64,000 bases of DNA from Histomonas meleagridis 2922-C6/04-290x (taxonomy: Eukaryota > Protista > Parabasalia), in the NCBI GenBank assembly GCA_020184695.1, contig JAANOX010000258.1:248001-312000 (forward strand), in the 5' to 3' direction. This document shows, one piece after another, positions 53,882-64,000 of the stretch (within the stretch, counting starts at the first letter, position 1; every line of letters begins with the position of its first letter). The notes beneath the pieces were generated by a model, which saw only the letters and a program-made list of their open reading frames with translations, had not been told where the DNA came from and ran no database searches. Made by a program: the position numbers and the translations under genes.

Positions 53882-54478
53882 TTAGCATTTACATCTGTCT
53901 TTATCATGGCTTTGATCGAGTTCAATTTTTTCGGTATCATTTGTTTCCATTTTGTTTTTAATAATAACTGTAGCGACATCTTGAAATAATTTATCGATTC
54001 CTTCTCCTGTTAAACAAGATGTAAGATGGAATGAATACCCTTGAGTTTTCGCCCAAGTCTTTATTTTTGGTATATCAATGTTTGATTGTTCGATTAAATC
54101 TGTTTTATTTCCTACAAGTGCAATATGCTCAAAATCACTACAATTCTGTTTAAATTCTTCAATAAAGCTTTTCATTTCATCAAACGAACTTTCACTGGTT
54201 ACATCAAATACAGCAATTGCAGCAGAAGCATCTCGATAATAAATTGGACCTAAGCATCTATATCTTTCTTGACCAGCAGTATCCCATATCTGTACATTTT
54301 TCTCTTCACCGTTTACATAAAATTTATGAACAATGAACGACGCTCCAATAGTTGCTATTGTATTTGTATCAAATGTATCAAAATGGAATTTATTTATAAG
54401 AGATGTCTTCCCAACTTTCTGAGGACCAATTAATGCTATCTTAATTACTTTAGATTTTGGTTTTATTGGAGAATTCAT
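53882..54478 (-). CDS. Rab GTPase (Rab5/6-like, divergent)
   Basis: GPQKVGKTS, ATIGASF, WDTAGQERY, GNKTD and CKC. Confidence 0.9.
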   Translation of the reverse strand: MNSPIKPKSKVIKIALIGPQKVGKTSLINKFHFDTFDTNTIATIGASFIVHKFYVNGEEKNVQIWDTAGQERYRCLGPIYYRDASAAIAVFDVTSESSFDEMKSFIEEFKQNCSDFEHIALVGNKTDLIEQSNIDIPKIKTWAKTQGYSFHLTSCLTGEGIDKLFQDVATVIIKNKMETNDTEKIELDQSHDKDRCKC

Positions 54479-54768
54479 TTGTTGTTTTTGATTGTTGGTT
54501 TTTTAACGTCTCCTTCAAAACGACAACCCTTTAACCGCATTTTTGATAAGAATTTACAAAAAACAGGGCCTGGAACGATGATGAACATAATATCAATTTT
54601 TCTGTTGTTTACATTGATTTTGAATCAAAAATGATCTGAATGTGTCAAAATATTTTTACTTTTTCATGGAATTAACCGTGGATGTGATGACTTTTTATGT
54701 GTTTTTTGATCGTATAATGTCACTGATAAATTAACGTTTAAAAATAATGCATACGTTAAAATTTCATA

Positions 54769-57516
54769 ATGAATGATATAGATCAAAACGTAAATGATTA
54801 TCCTGCAATCATTTTGCTCAAAGATCTTTTAAATTCACATCAAATCAGTGAAGATGATGAAAGATCATTAAATTATAAGTTTACAAAATTAATTTTAGCA
54901 TTTAAACAATCGTGTGATGCTGAACAACAATTAATGAGACGAGCAAATGAACTTAATAAAGAATTAAAAGAACAAATAATGAAAATTGAAAATTTTGCGA
55001 TTGAACAACAAAATCATCGAACAGAATTAAATTCTTTACGACAATCAGTTACAAATGTTCAAGTTGAATTAGAAACCACACAAGATCAAATTAAGAGCAC
55101 AGTTACCAACACAACTTTAAAAAATAAAGAATATCAAAAACTTCAATCTAAAGTATTAAAACTTCAAGAAGATCAAGAGCAAAATTGCACACCACAAAGA
55201 CTCCAAATACAAAAAGCAAACTCAAGTCTTGAAGATTTAATAAAAGAAAGAAAAAACAAAATTGCCAAACTTACATCTGAACAATCAAATATCAATGAAC
55301 GACTTTTAAAATTGGATGAAAATATGAATGATGTTAATGAAAAGAAGAAAGCATCTAATCAAAAACTTAATGAAATCAGTTCAATTCCAATCAAATTAAA
55401 ACATAAAACTTTAACACTTCAAAATGTTCTTAATAAACTTCTTGAAGATGAGAAGAAAACATTTGAACAATTATCAGCGTTAGACGTAAAAATGACCAAT
55501 TTAAGTAATAAATGTACAAAAACTGAAACTGAATATCAACGAATTCAACAAGAAACAGATACATTATATTTCGAATCGAATAAAATCCGGAAACAAAGTG
55601 ATGAAATTAAATCGCAAATTATTCAGCAAAACGAATTTAAATTACAAAAAAATTTGGAACAAAAATCAATAAATAAAATGATAACAGAATCCGATTTAAT
55701 GATCACTGAATTAAATAATCAAATTATAATAAATAACAAAGAAATTGAAAAACGTAAACAAACGTTTAAGAAATTTAAAGATGTAATCAATAAAGTAAAA
55801 CTTGAAAAAACAGCATATGAAAGTCAAATAACATCAATCAAAAAAGATATTAATTTTGAGAAACAACAAAACTTAAAATTAAAAGAAGAATTATCAAATA
55901 TAAATCAATCAAAAGAAAACAATTTGAAGTCAATTTTAACAATAGAGAAAGTGCAAAAAGAAATTTTAAATAATATAAAAGAAACTATAAAAGATAAAAA
56001 TGAAAAACAAATTCATTATAACTCATTAATTAAAAAAGAACAAGAATTTATACAACAATTTAAAGAAGAAACTTTTATACGTAATCGAAAAGCGCGTGAA
56101 ATGATATTAATGAAGAAGAAAACATCCGATTTTAAAGTTGAAGCTAATGAAAAGAATTTAATTTTTTTAAATATTTCTCGAAAACTTGAAATTATGAATC
56201 AAAAAATTTCGGATATATCAATACTTTATGAACATACGCGAATCGAACGTAATCATTATATTGATATCATTAAAACGTCGAATCAATTAATTAGTGAATA
56301 TAAAGATAAAATCAAAATATTGCAAAATGAAATTGACTCATTAAAAAACGAATATTTAAATTCGGAAACATTATTAAAATTACAGAAAAATGAACTTAAA
56401 ACGGAAATAAACAAAAAAGAAATTTTGAAATCTGATTTAATGAAATCACAAAAAGAATATAATGAATTACAAAACAAAATCGATATACAAATCAATGAGA
56501 AAAATCGATTAAATTTAATACTTCAAAGAATCGAAAAACAAATTATTAATCAACAAAATAATTATAATTTGCAAGTAAATAATTTCGCAAATATTAAAAG
56601 AATGGTAATAGATAAACAAGATGAATTATGTTTAATATATGAACAATATAATCGTCATGATGAAATTATGAAAAAAGGTGAAAAAGAACTTCGAAAGAAA
56701 GAAGAAGAAATAAAATTATTAAATGTAAAATTAAATGATTTTATTCATCAAATTGAAATATATCAAAATAAAATTCCAAAGTTAAAAGAACTCGAAAATA
56801 AATTTAATGAATTAAAAAATCAAATTAAAGTCGAACAAGAAAACGTCGATAAGTTAACTATAAAACTTGAAAAACCTGAAAAAAATGAACGAAAAACAAA
56901 TTTATGTGGAAAAGATTTCACTGATAAAGAAATTAATGATAAAATTTCATTTTATGAAGTTCGTATTAAAGAAAAAGAACTTCAAAAATATGAAAAAGAA
57001 ATTATATTAAATGACTTAAACAAAAAAATCGAAAACATATCAACGAAACTTAATAATAACAATAATAAAACAAATAATTTCGAAAAATATAATAATGATA
57101 AAGTACAATCGATCGCTTTAAGAAGAAAGAAAATGGCGGCGATTTCGGAAATGTCAATTTATCAAGTGCAAAGTGATATACTTCAAGAGCAAAAATTGGA
57201 TTTAAAGCAAAAAATGAAAGAAGCGGACAGTAGAACTGCGCGAGGTGAAACATATGACGAAAAGGCAGAAAGAATGTTAAGGGTACAAAAAAGAGATATT
57301 AAAACGGCGCAGGCATTAAAGAGAAAATCTGTGCTGAACTCAGACGATGAAAATGAAAACGAAAATAATAAAAATAAACGACAAAAATTCGACGCGTATC
57401 CCACGCCGGATGGATTGTCAAGGCCGTATGGAGCTTTTCCCGTTTTCCAACCAAATGGACCTTCATGCAACTTAAGGTACTACAAAAAAGAAGAAGAACG
57501 TCCAATTGTTTTGTAA
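54769..57516 (+). CDS. CCDC146: CCDC146/MBO2-like flagellar coiled-coil protein
   Basis: About 850 aa of coiled coil; the C-terminal 'AYPTPDGLSRPYGAFPVFQP.GP..NLRYYKK' matches the recalled CCDC146 terminus (PNAY..LPKPYG..APFKP). Confidence 0.75.
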   Translation: MNDIDQNVNDYPAIILLKDLLNSHQISEDDERSLNYKFTKLILAFKQSCDAEQQLMRRANELNKELKEQIMKIENFAIEQQNHRTELNSLRQSVTNVQVELETTQDQIKSTVTNTTLKNKEYQKLQSKVLKLQEDQEQNCTPQRLQIQKANSSLEDLIKERKNKIAKLTSEQSNINERLLKLDENMNDVNEKKKASNQKLNEISSIPIKLKHKTLTLQNVLNKLLEDEKKTFEQLSALDVKMTNLSNKCTKTETEYQRIQQETDTLYFESNKIRKQSDEIKSQIIQQNEFKLQKNLEQKSINKMITESDLMITELNNQIIINNKEIEKRKQTFKKFKDVINKVKLEKTAYESQITSIKKDINFEKQQNLKLKEELSNINQSKENNLKSILTIEKVQKEILNNIKETIKDKNEKQIHYNSLIKKEQEFIQQFKEETFIRNRKAREMILMKKKTSDFKVEANEKNLIFLNISRKLEIMNQKISDISILYEHTRIERNHYIDIIKTSNQLISEYKDKIKILQNEIDSLKNEYLNSETLLKLQKNELKTEINKKEILKSDLMKSQKEYNELQNKIDIQINEKNRLNLILQRIEKQIINQQNNYNLQVNNFANIKRMVIDKQDELCLIYEQYNRHDEIMKKGEKELRKKEEEIKLLNVKLNDFIHQIEIYQNKIPKLKELENKFNELKNQIKVEQENVDKLTIKLEKPEKNERKTNLCGKDFTDKEINDKISFYEVRIKEKELQKYEKEIILNDLNKKIENISTKLNNNNNKTNNFEKYNNDKVQSIALRRKKMAAISEMSIYQVQSDILQEQKLDLKQKMKEADSRTARGETYDEKAERMLRVQKRDIKTAQALKRKSVLNSDDENENENNKNKRQKFDAYPTPDGLSRPYGAFPVFQPNGPSCNLRYYKKEEERPIVL

Positions 57517-58148
57517 TTTATTATGTAAATTTGTAATTTATTATTATTTTTACTTAAAAATATTTTGTTTTATTTGAATGATTTTTGATAAAATAATAAA
57601 AACAAAGAAATTAACATTAAATAGAATAAATATTATTAATGATTTTTCCATTGAAGATGAGTTTATAATTTGATTTAGCTAAGTTACTTTATCTCCGTAA
57701 CGTTAATGATCTAAAAAAGAAGAAATTTCATTTCATTGGGTTCCATTCTAAATATTTGGATTGAAGCATTAAATGTATTCTTCTTATTAATATTCCATTT
57801 TTTGCTTCTTTCTTAAATCATAATTTATTGGTGTTGATGACAATTATTTAGAAATACTCATTACTATATTACCTAATATATTACCCCTTATAACAAGTAT
57901 TTTTTATACATGCATTGTTATTCACTCATCAATTTATAATTTAAGTTTCCTCAAAGTATTTTTTTACCAACAAGGAGAAAGAAAACTATTCTGGAAGCAT
58001 TATGTCAGTTACCTCAAATATTAAGTCAAAATAATTCAATTTTAACTTTATGACTTTCATCTGACTTTAAAAAACGGTTAAACGGTTAAACATGCCAAAA
58101 TAAACGGTCTAAAAATCAAAAGAAGGCATTAAAACTTTTTTTAGTTGT

Positions 58149-58730
58149 TCATCCACAGCATGATGATTCTTCGCTTTTTTCTTCTGGTAATTTTTTAGGC
58201 TTTGGTAGAGATTTGACTCCTTTACGATAAATGTTAGTAGCTACTGTCATAAATGCTTCAGTGACATTTTTACCATTTAAAGCTGACGTTTCAAGGTACA
58301 TTAACTGATGATTTTTAGCGAAGTTTTCTGCTTCTGCAAGTGTAATTACGCGTTTATCTTCAAGGTCACATTTGTTACCAATTAAAATTATGGAGGCTGA
58401 CGGATCACATAATGAGTGGACATCTCCCAACCACAAGTTTATTTCTTCGAATGTCTTTTTTTCTGTTATATCATATACAAGAATAACGCCAACAGCATTT
58501 CTAAAATATGCCTTTGCAATTGACCTAAATCTTTCTTGGCCTGCTGTATCCCAAATTTGTAATTTAATCTCTTGACCTTCAACAATAATTGTTTTTGAAT
58601 CAAATTCTACACCAATTGTAGATTGTGATTCACTTATAAATGTATCTTCAACAAGACGCTTTAAGATTGCTGTTTTACCAACTCCACTTGATCCGATTAG
58701 AATAAACTTGAAGCTGTAAGCCACAGACAT
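58149..58730 (-). CDS. Rab GTPase (Rab4/14-like)
   Basis: GSSGVGKT, QSTIGVEF, WDTAGQERF, GNKCD, ETSAL and CCG. Confidence 0.9.
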   Translation of the reverse strand: MSVAYSFKFILIGSSGVGKTAILKRLVEDTFISESQSTIGVEFDSKTIIVEGQEIKLQIWDTAGQERFRSIAKAYFRNAVGVILVYDITEKKTFEEINLWLGDVHSLCDPSASIILIGNKCDLEDKRVITLAEAENFAKNHQLMYLETSALNGKNVTEAFMTVATNIYRKGVKSLPKPKKLPEEKSEESSCCG

Positions 58731-59018
58731 AAAGATTGGTAATCTGACACTTTTCAGAGCATCTGATTCGAACAAAGTCGTTCAATTTGATAAACTTTTT
58801 CTGTTTGACGGGTTAACGGTCAGAAATGAATTCAAAAAAGCAAAAATTAAAAAAATAAAAATCATCATATACTACACCACACATTTTCTGAATCAGGTTT
58901 ATCTTATTAAATAAAAATAATTTTTTTTTATTAGAAAATAACATGCAGAATGGTTTTATTCTTTTTATTTTTCACATAACAATTCACTCTGTTGGGTGCA
59001 GATACAAAAGTGTCAAAG

Positions 59019-60050
59019 ATGAACTGGAATTTGTTGACGAGTTTTGTCAATAAAGATCTGGTTGACCCATCTCAGATCCATCAAGAGCATAGAAGGAGAA
59101 ACATTCGATCAAAGTATGATTATATCTCAATTCGTGTTAAAATCGAACAATATGAATATGTATTTAGTCGATTCAGTCTTTCTCGTTATCTTATGGCATG
59201 CATGGTTCCACCCTCACAAGCCGTAGATATTTCACGTAAAATCAAAGAAGAATTTGTTGATCAAAAAAAGTTTGAAATCACTCAAGATGAACTTACACAA
59301 CGAGTATTTGAACTTATTTCTACCTTTGATAACTCACCACTTACACAAAAGCGATTCCATCTTATTCAAAACTTCAATTTAGAGCGAATTCCATTAATCA
59401 TTTTTATATCAGGCACAGGCTTTGTTGGTAAATCCAATTTAGCCTTTCAGCTTGGAGAGCGTCTTAATGTTTCTACCATTCTTCAGACCGATATTGTTTG
59501 TGCACTCACCAGTAATTCCGGAGATCATCTTGGGCGAGCACTTTGGTATACCTCCCACAAATCAGTTGATGAGTTCATGGATCTTTATCATCAACAATGC
59601 AAAGTCGCCACCGATGGCATCGAAGGTGACATATTTAAAACATTAACGGATGGAAAACCTCTCATTGTCGAAGGTATTCATCTTAATCCGAATTTGTTTC
59701 TTCATCTTTGCGGACAAAACGCGTTGAATCCACTCGACGGGTTCAACAAAGAACTTTTCGGAAGACAGCCGCGCGGGAAACAAGGATTTATTTTACCAAT
59801 TCTTCTTACACGTCAACGCGCTGACATATCCAATTCGATACGGTCATCGATATTCGGGTCGACCGAGAAAAGACAAATGAAATTGGATGTGCCCGCAATT
59901 GTGAATTACGCATTGGCCGTACAAGACGAAATGATAAAATTGTTCCCAAAGGAATATGTAATAGACTGTAGTGGGGCAGACGCAATAAATCATATACATA
60001 CACTCTTCCTGGAGCACTTAGAAAAATATTACGCGGAACAGGAAAAGTAA
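59019..60050 (+). CDS. 2-phosphoglycerate-kinase-like P-loop NTPase
   Basis: ATP-cone-like 'FSRFSLSRYL' segment, P-loop 'ISGTGFVGKS', '.QTD' and 'LIVEGIHL'. Confidence 0.72.
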   Translation: MNWNLLTSFVNKDLVDPSQIHQEHRRRNIRSKYDYISIRVKIEQYEYVFSRFSLSRYLMACMVPPSQAVDISRKIKEEFVDQKKFEITQDELTQRVFELISTFDNSPLTQKRFHLIQNFNLERIPLIIFISGTGFVGKSNLAFQLGERLNVSTILQTDIVCALTSNSGDHLGRALWYTSHKSVDEFMDLYHQQCKVATDGIEGDIFKTLTDGKPLIVEGIHLNPNLFLHLCGQNALNPLDGFNKELFGRQPRGKQGFILPILLTRQRADISNSIRSSIFGSTEKRQMKLDVPAIVNYALAVQDEMIKLFPKEYVIDCSGADAINHIHTLFLEHLEKYYAEQEK

Positions 60051-60418
60051 AGAAAGTGAATGTTTCTGTAAATCTGGTTCATCATTGAAATTTGTGTGTT
60101 CATACAAAAATGAGCACTTTATTTGTCTGTGGCTGTGAGGAGTTTTGTTGTTTTATTTCTTCATTTAAATATGTGTAAACAATGACTTCGATAATACTAA
60201 ATTAAAATCAATTCTAATGTGTTTTTTGTGAAATTTTGAATGATGAAGATTAATCATTTATTTCAAATTCTGTGTTTGATGAGCTTTTCAGTAAGAAATA
60301 TAAACGTTGATTTGGGTTTTAAGAAGTGCCATTAAAGATAATAAAGTTATTTAAGAGTTTTTTGGTGAAAAGAAAATGATTTAGTTTTGACTGAGTTTTG
60401 ACGGCAGATTTCAGACGA

Positions 60419-61324
60419 ATGGATTTGGATGAAATCATAGAAAGACTTTATAACTTCGAATTTATCCAACCGGAAGAAATATTTTTTGTCTGTGATATTG
60501 CCATTGAGGTTCTTCAATCAGAGAAAAATGTTCTTTATGTTAATTCTCCATTAATCGTTTGTGGGGATGTTCATGGCGATTTCAAAAACCTCAGGGAAAT
60601 CTTCGATATTTTCGAACGTCCACCTGACGGGCGATATTTGTTTTTAGGAGATTATGTAGATAGAGGTGATAATTCAGTTGAAACCATTCTTCTTCTCCTA
60701 TGTCTTAAAATCAAATACCCCGATGACGTATATCTTATTCGTGGTAATCATGAGTCACCCACACTTACCATTACATTTGGTTTTTATACAGAAATTATGC
60801 GACGCTATTCTAATTATTCCATATGGCAATGCTTTATTGAAGTATTCAAGTATCTTCCACTTGCCGCTGTTATAGATTCACAATATTTTTGTGTTCACGG
60901 CGGTCTTTGTCCACTTTTGAAATCAGTATCAGATATCGAAAAAGCCGAGCGATTTGTTGCAATGACAACAATGGCCGGTGTCATCTCTGATATCCTATGG
61001 AGTGATCCATATGAAGGTCTCGGCTACTCAATCTCGCCTCGTCAAGCAGGCTATCTCTGGGGCTCCGATATTTCACATCATTTTCTTCACGAAAATAAAC
61101 TGTCGCTAATCATTCGTGGGCATGAAAAAAAGGATGGCGGGTTCGCAATATGCCACGATGACTTAGTAATGACCGTGTTCTCAACTCCATACTATTCGAA
61201 GTTATACAGAGAGGCTGCAGTGCTCGAAATTTCATCACCCACCGAAAAGGAATTAACAAGGTTTAGAGCTATGCAGTGGGAACATTCACTCGAAAAGGTG
61301 GTGTTCCCGGATCAATGGTCTTGA
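60419..61324 (+). CDS. Ser/Thr protein phosphatase (PPP family, PP2A/PP4/PP6-like)
   Basis: GDVHG, GDYVDRG, RGNHE, HGGL, DILWSDP, RGHE and VFS.PYY. Confidence 0.92.
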   Translation: MDLDEIIERLYNFEFIQPEEIFFVCDIAIEVLQSEKNVLYVNSPLIVCGDVHGDFKNLREIFDIFERPPDGRYLFLGDYVDRGDNSVETILLLLCLKIKYPDDVYLIRGNHESPTLTITFGFYTEIMRRYSNYSIWQCFIEVFKYLPLAAVIDSQYFCVHGGLCPLLKSVSDIEKAERFVAMTTMAGVISDILWSDPYEGLGYSISPRQAGYLWGSDISHHFLHENKLSLIIRGHEKKDGGFAICHDDLVMTVFSTPYYSKLYREAAVLEISSPTEKELTRFRAMQWEHSLEKVVFPDQWS

Positions 61325-61758
61325 TTTGTGTTTTTTAACCAGAAAAATAAATGTTGAAAATGAAAACTTTTTGTAAAGACTTATCTGAAATATTCAATAC
61401 CGGAAATCGGTTTTTTCATTTTTGATGATCATTTGTCGTGTGATGAAAAATTTAGCAATTTAATGTGGGGGTTAATTTAAATAAAAATCAAAATGATTTG
61501 TAAATGTCCTTTAGGTGTATTCTTAAATTAACCATAAAATGATTTTTTTTAAACTCATTTTAAATCCTTTGTGTAATAAAAATCATTCAAATAACAAATA
61601 CTTTCTATAACAGCGCATTATTTTGAATTTAAAAATTGATGGTAATAACGATTTTTAAAATCAGAACAATGAAATTTGGTGATTTGGATGCGACATTTTT
61701 TCCCGCCAATTTTGATTACAGTATATATAAAAAGTGCTACCGATAGACATAACAGAAA

Positions 61759-64000
61759 ATGAACCTCGATTCACCCCATAAAAACAGCTACAAAATGCGG
61801 CGTGAATTCGAAAAAATGCGGAAAGAGTTCATGGATGAAATTAATGATTATTTAAAGAAAACAGAATTTATTACACAATCCCAAATTACTGTTAACAAAC
61901 CAGTTAGGGAAAAGTTAGATACAGGACACTCACCTCAAAAAAAGAAAGAAAAGTATCCTCAGATTTCTTTTTCCATTCAACCAAGAGTTCATATAAATCA
62001 AGAAAATTTAACAAACGCAAAAACAAACAAAGAAAAAACTGTTAACCCCACAGACGACAAACCAAGCACGAGTGAATCTAATCAAAAGAATTTAAATCAA
62101 GAATCAATAGATAACGAAACATCATCCCTTAAAGAAACTCAAATAATTAACAAAACAAACAATGAGAATACCGAGAAAACCACAGTCAAAAACGATGAAC
62201 CCAACAAAATTATTGAAAATGTCAAAAAAGAAATTAATTCAGATAGTTCTCCAACAACTAATATCGAACCACGAATTGAGAAAAAGCCACGAAGAGAAAA
62301 GAAAAACGTTATCATACCAACCGAAAGTTTTGGTTTGGTACCCAATTCAATTCTCTGCGAAAATTATATCAAATCAGATGAAGAAAATGAGAACAACAAA
62401 ACAGAGAATGTCTTTAAATTTACAGGTCAAGAAGAAATCAGAATTCGAACAAGAAAACGGTCGTCGAGTTTTAATATCAAAACTAAGAACATTGAACTCA
62501 TCAAAGAAGAAGTCAAAGGAAATGTCCTTAAAAAAGTTTATGAACAATATAAAAAGAAACCTGCTCCAGTTGTAGGGAAAAGATCATTTTTCACTCGACA
62601 CAGAAGTCAAACATCACCAAGTATCAAAAAGATGTTTGAACCAATTGATTTAAGTAGTAACTCAAGTAATGACGAAGCTATTTCAAGTGAAGATGAACAA
62701 AGAAGACAAAACAAAATAAAGAATGATAAAATTTGGGAATCATTAATTACAGATAATAAAATAATAAAAAATAAAAAAGTTGATCAAACAAAAGAAATTG
62801 CAAACTCATCTGATAATGATAAAGTATCAGTAACAGATAACAAATCAACGAAAAGTCAAATGGTTAGTGCAAGTTCAGATAATGAAATAAAAGATAAAAA
62901 AGTTAATCAACCGAAAGAAGTTACAAATTCTTCTAAAGATGATAAAGTTTCAGTAACAGATAACAAATCAACGAAAAGTCCAATGGCTAGTGCAAGTTCA
63001 GATAATGATATAAAAGTTAAAAAAACTGATCAGACAAAAGAAGTTACAAATTCTTCAGTAACATATAACAAATCAATAACTTCTAATGATGATAAAAATA
63101 ATAATAAAAGTAATCAAACTAAAGAAATTACAAATTCACCAACGAAAGATGATAATGACACTAAAAATATTAAAATCGAAAACAAATCAATAAAAAGTAA
63201 AACAATTTCAAGCAATGAAAACAAAAATATTAAATCAAAACAAATTACAGAAGAGAAAAAAGGAGATCGAGAAAATGTTATCAAAAAAGTATATGAGCAA
63301 TATAAAAAGAAAGATAATCAAAGTCCTCAAAAGATAACAACGCGAAATAAGAACAGATTTGCATCACCCACAAAAGCAAACGAAATCACTAAGAAGTCAA
63401 GTCCAAAGAAAGAAGATAACAGTAAAACATCTCCAAATTCGGTAAAAAGAACTTCAAATAAGCAAAATTCACCAAAAACAAGTCCAACACAAACTAAACA
63501 AAATGCAAACAAAAAAGTAAATTCATCAACAGAAGACAAAGAAAAACAAAACAACAAAAATCCAACAAGTTTAAAAAACGAACCAGAAAATATCGATAAT
63601 AGCACAAAAGCATCAAAACGAACTTTAAATAAAGAAATTGTAAATATTAACAAACAAAATAATAGAAAAAATATAAATTCACCAAAAGAAAAAGTAAAAA
63701 ACATAAATGATAACTTTAGTTCAGATGATGAAACTAATAATAAAACATCACCGAAAATAACTTCAAATAAGCAAAATTCACCAAAAACAAGTCCAACTCA
63801 AACCAAAAAAACAAATTCGCCAGAAGATAAAGATAAAGTTTCATATGATAAAACGCAAACAAAAATTGATGAGAAATCATTCGCAAATAAAGCAAATTCG
63901 CGAAACATGACAAACGCAGATGCTGAAGGAAAAGAAGTAAAAACAAATGCAAACTTAAAAAATGTTAACCAAAAACAGACAAATGAAACAGATAAAAATA
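61759..64000 (+). CDS. Long K/N/S/T-rich low-complexity protein with internal repeats; runs off the window (absent from the ORF track)
   Basis: ATG 61759 (MNLDSPHKNSYKMRREF); I read the frame as open to base 64000. Confidence 0.75.
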   Translation, partial: MNLDSPHKNSYKMRREFEKMRKEFMDEINDYLKKTEFITQSQITVNKPVREKLDTGHSPQKKKEKYPQISFSIQPRVHINQENLTNAKTNKEKTVNPTDDKPSTSESNQKNLNQESIDNETSSLKETQIINKTNNENTEKTTVKNDEPNKIIENVKKEINSDSSPTTNIEPRIEKKPRREKKNVIIPTESFGLVPNSILCENYIKSDEENENNKTENVFKFTGQEEIRIRTRKRSSSFNIKTKNIELIKEEVKGNVLKKVYEQYKKKPAPVVGKRSFFTRHRSQTSPSIKKMFEPIDLSSNSSNDEAISSEDEQRRQNKIKNDKIWESLITDNKIIKNKKVDQTKEIANSSDNDKVSVTDNKSTKSQMVSASSDNEIKDKKVNQPKEVTNSSKDDKVSVTDNKSTKSPMASASSDNDIKVKKTDQTKEVTNSSVTYNKSITSNDDKNNNKSNQTKEITNSPTKDDNDTKNIKIENKSIKSKTISSNENKNIKSKQITEEKKGDRENVIKKVYEQYKKKDNQSPQKITTRNKNRFASPTKANEITKKSSPKKEDNSKTSPNSVKRTSNKQNSPKTSPTQTKQNANKKVNSSTEDKEKQNNKNPTSLKNEPENIDNSTKASKRTLNKEIVNINKQNNRKNINSPKEKVKNINDNFSSDDETNNKTSPKITSNKQNSPKTSPTQTKKTNSPEDKDKVSYDKTQTKIDEKSFANKANSRNMTNADAEGKEVKTNANLKNVNQKQTNETDKN
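62818..63010 (+). repeat. 123-nt (41-aa) tandem coding repeat
   Basis: 'gataaagt.tcagtaacagataacaaatcaacgaaaagtc.aatgg.tagtgcaagttcagataatga' at 62818 and 62941. Confidence 0.85.

Noticed and set aside
1-64000. tRNA, rRNA and spliceosomal intron search by eye
   Set aside because: No cloverleaf, rRNA-like tract or GT...ACTAAC...AG intron was seen; tRNAscan-SE and Infernal would be decisive.

Overview
AT-rich eukaryotic genomic DNA from a parabasalid (Trichomonas/Tritrichomonas-like). This assignment rests on an Initiator-binding-domain (IBP39-type) gene, BspA-like LRR genes, DUF3447-ankyrin genes, Inr/M3-like promoter motifs, and the absence of any evident spliceosomal intron. About 33 intact-looking genes are present. 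They include GCP3-like, REXO1-like exonuclease, nitroreductase, F-BAR/SH3, DRC4/GAS8, five Rabs, an iron-containing ADH, NADP-dependent ADH1, a GBP-like GTPase, legumain, two PPP phosphatases, an AmmeMemoRadiSam-type radical SAM enzyme, a CH-CH/Sel1 protein, CCDC146 and a 2PGK-like kinase. Several BspA and ankyrin pseudogenes and a Tc1/IS630 relic are also present. The standout feature is in the DUF3447-ankyrin loci (30929-33134 minus, 50131-53499 minus, 46359-47946 plus, and a relic near 39 kb). Their ankyrin arrays are cut into single-repeat, stop-free 29-30-codon cassettes by 22 non-coding spacers, all at the same position in the repeat (between the 'NAKD' Asp and the 'TAL' Thr). The spacers are sequence-divergent but nearly fixed in length (14 x 80 nt, 3 x 63 nt). 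They lack GT-AG ends and the parabasalid ACTAAC branch point, and they carry a GG exactly 23 nt before the next Thr codon. This points to an unrecognised, position-programmed intervening-sequence removal or skipping system (non-canonical introns, ribosomal bypass or DNA excision). All counts were made by hand from the sequence; no database search was run.
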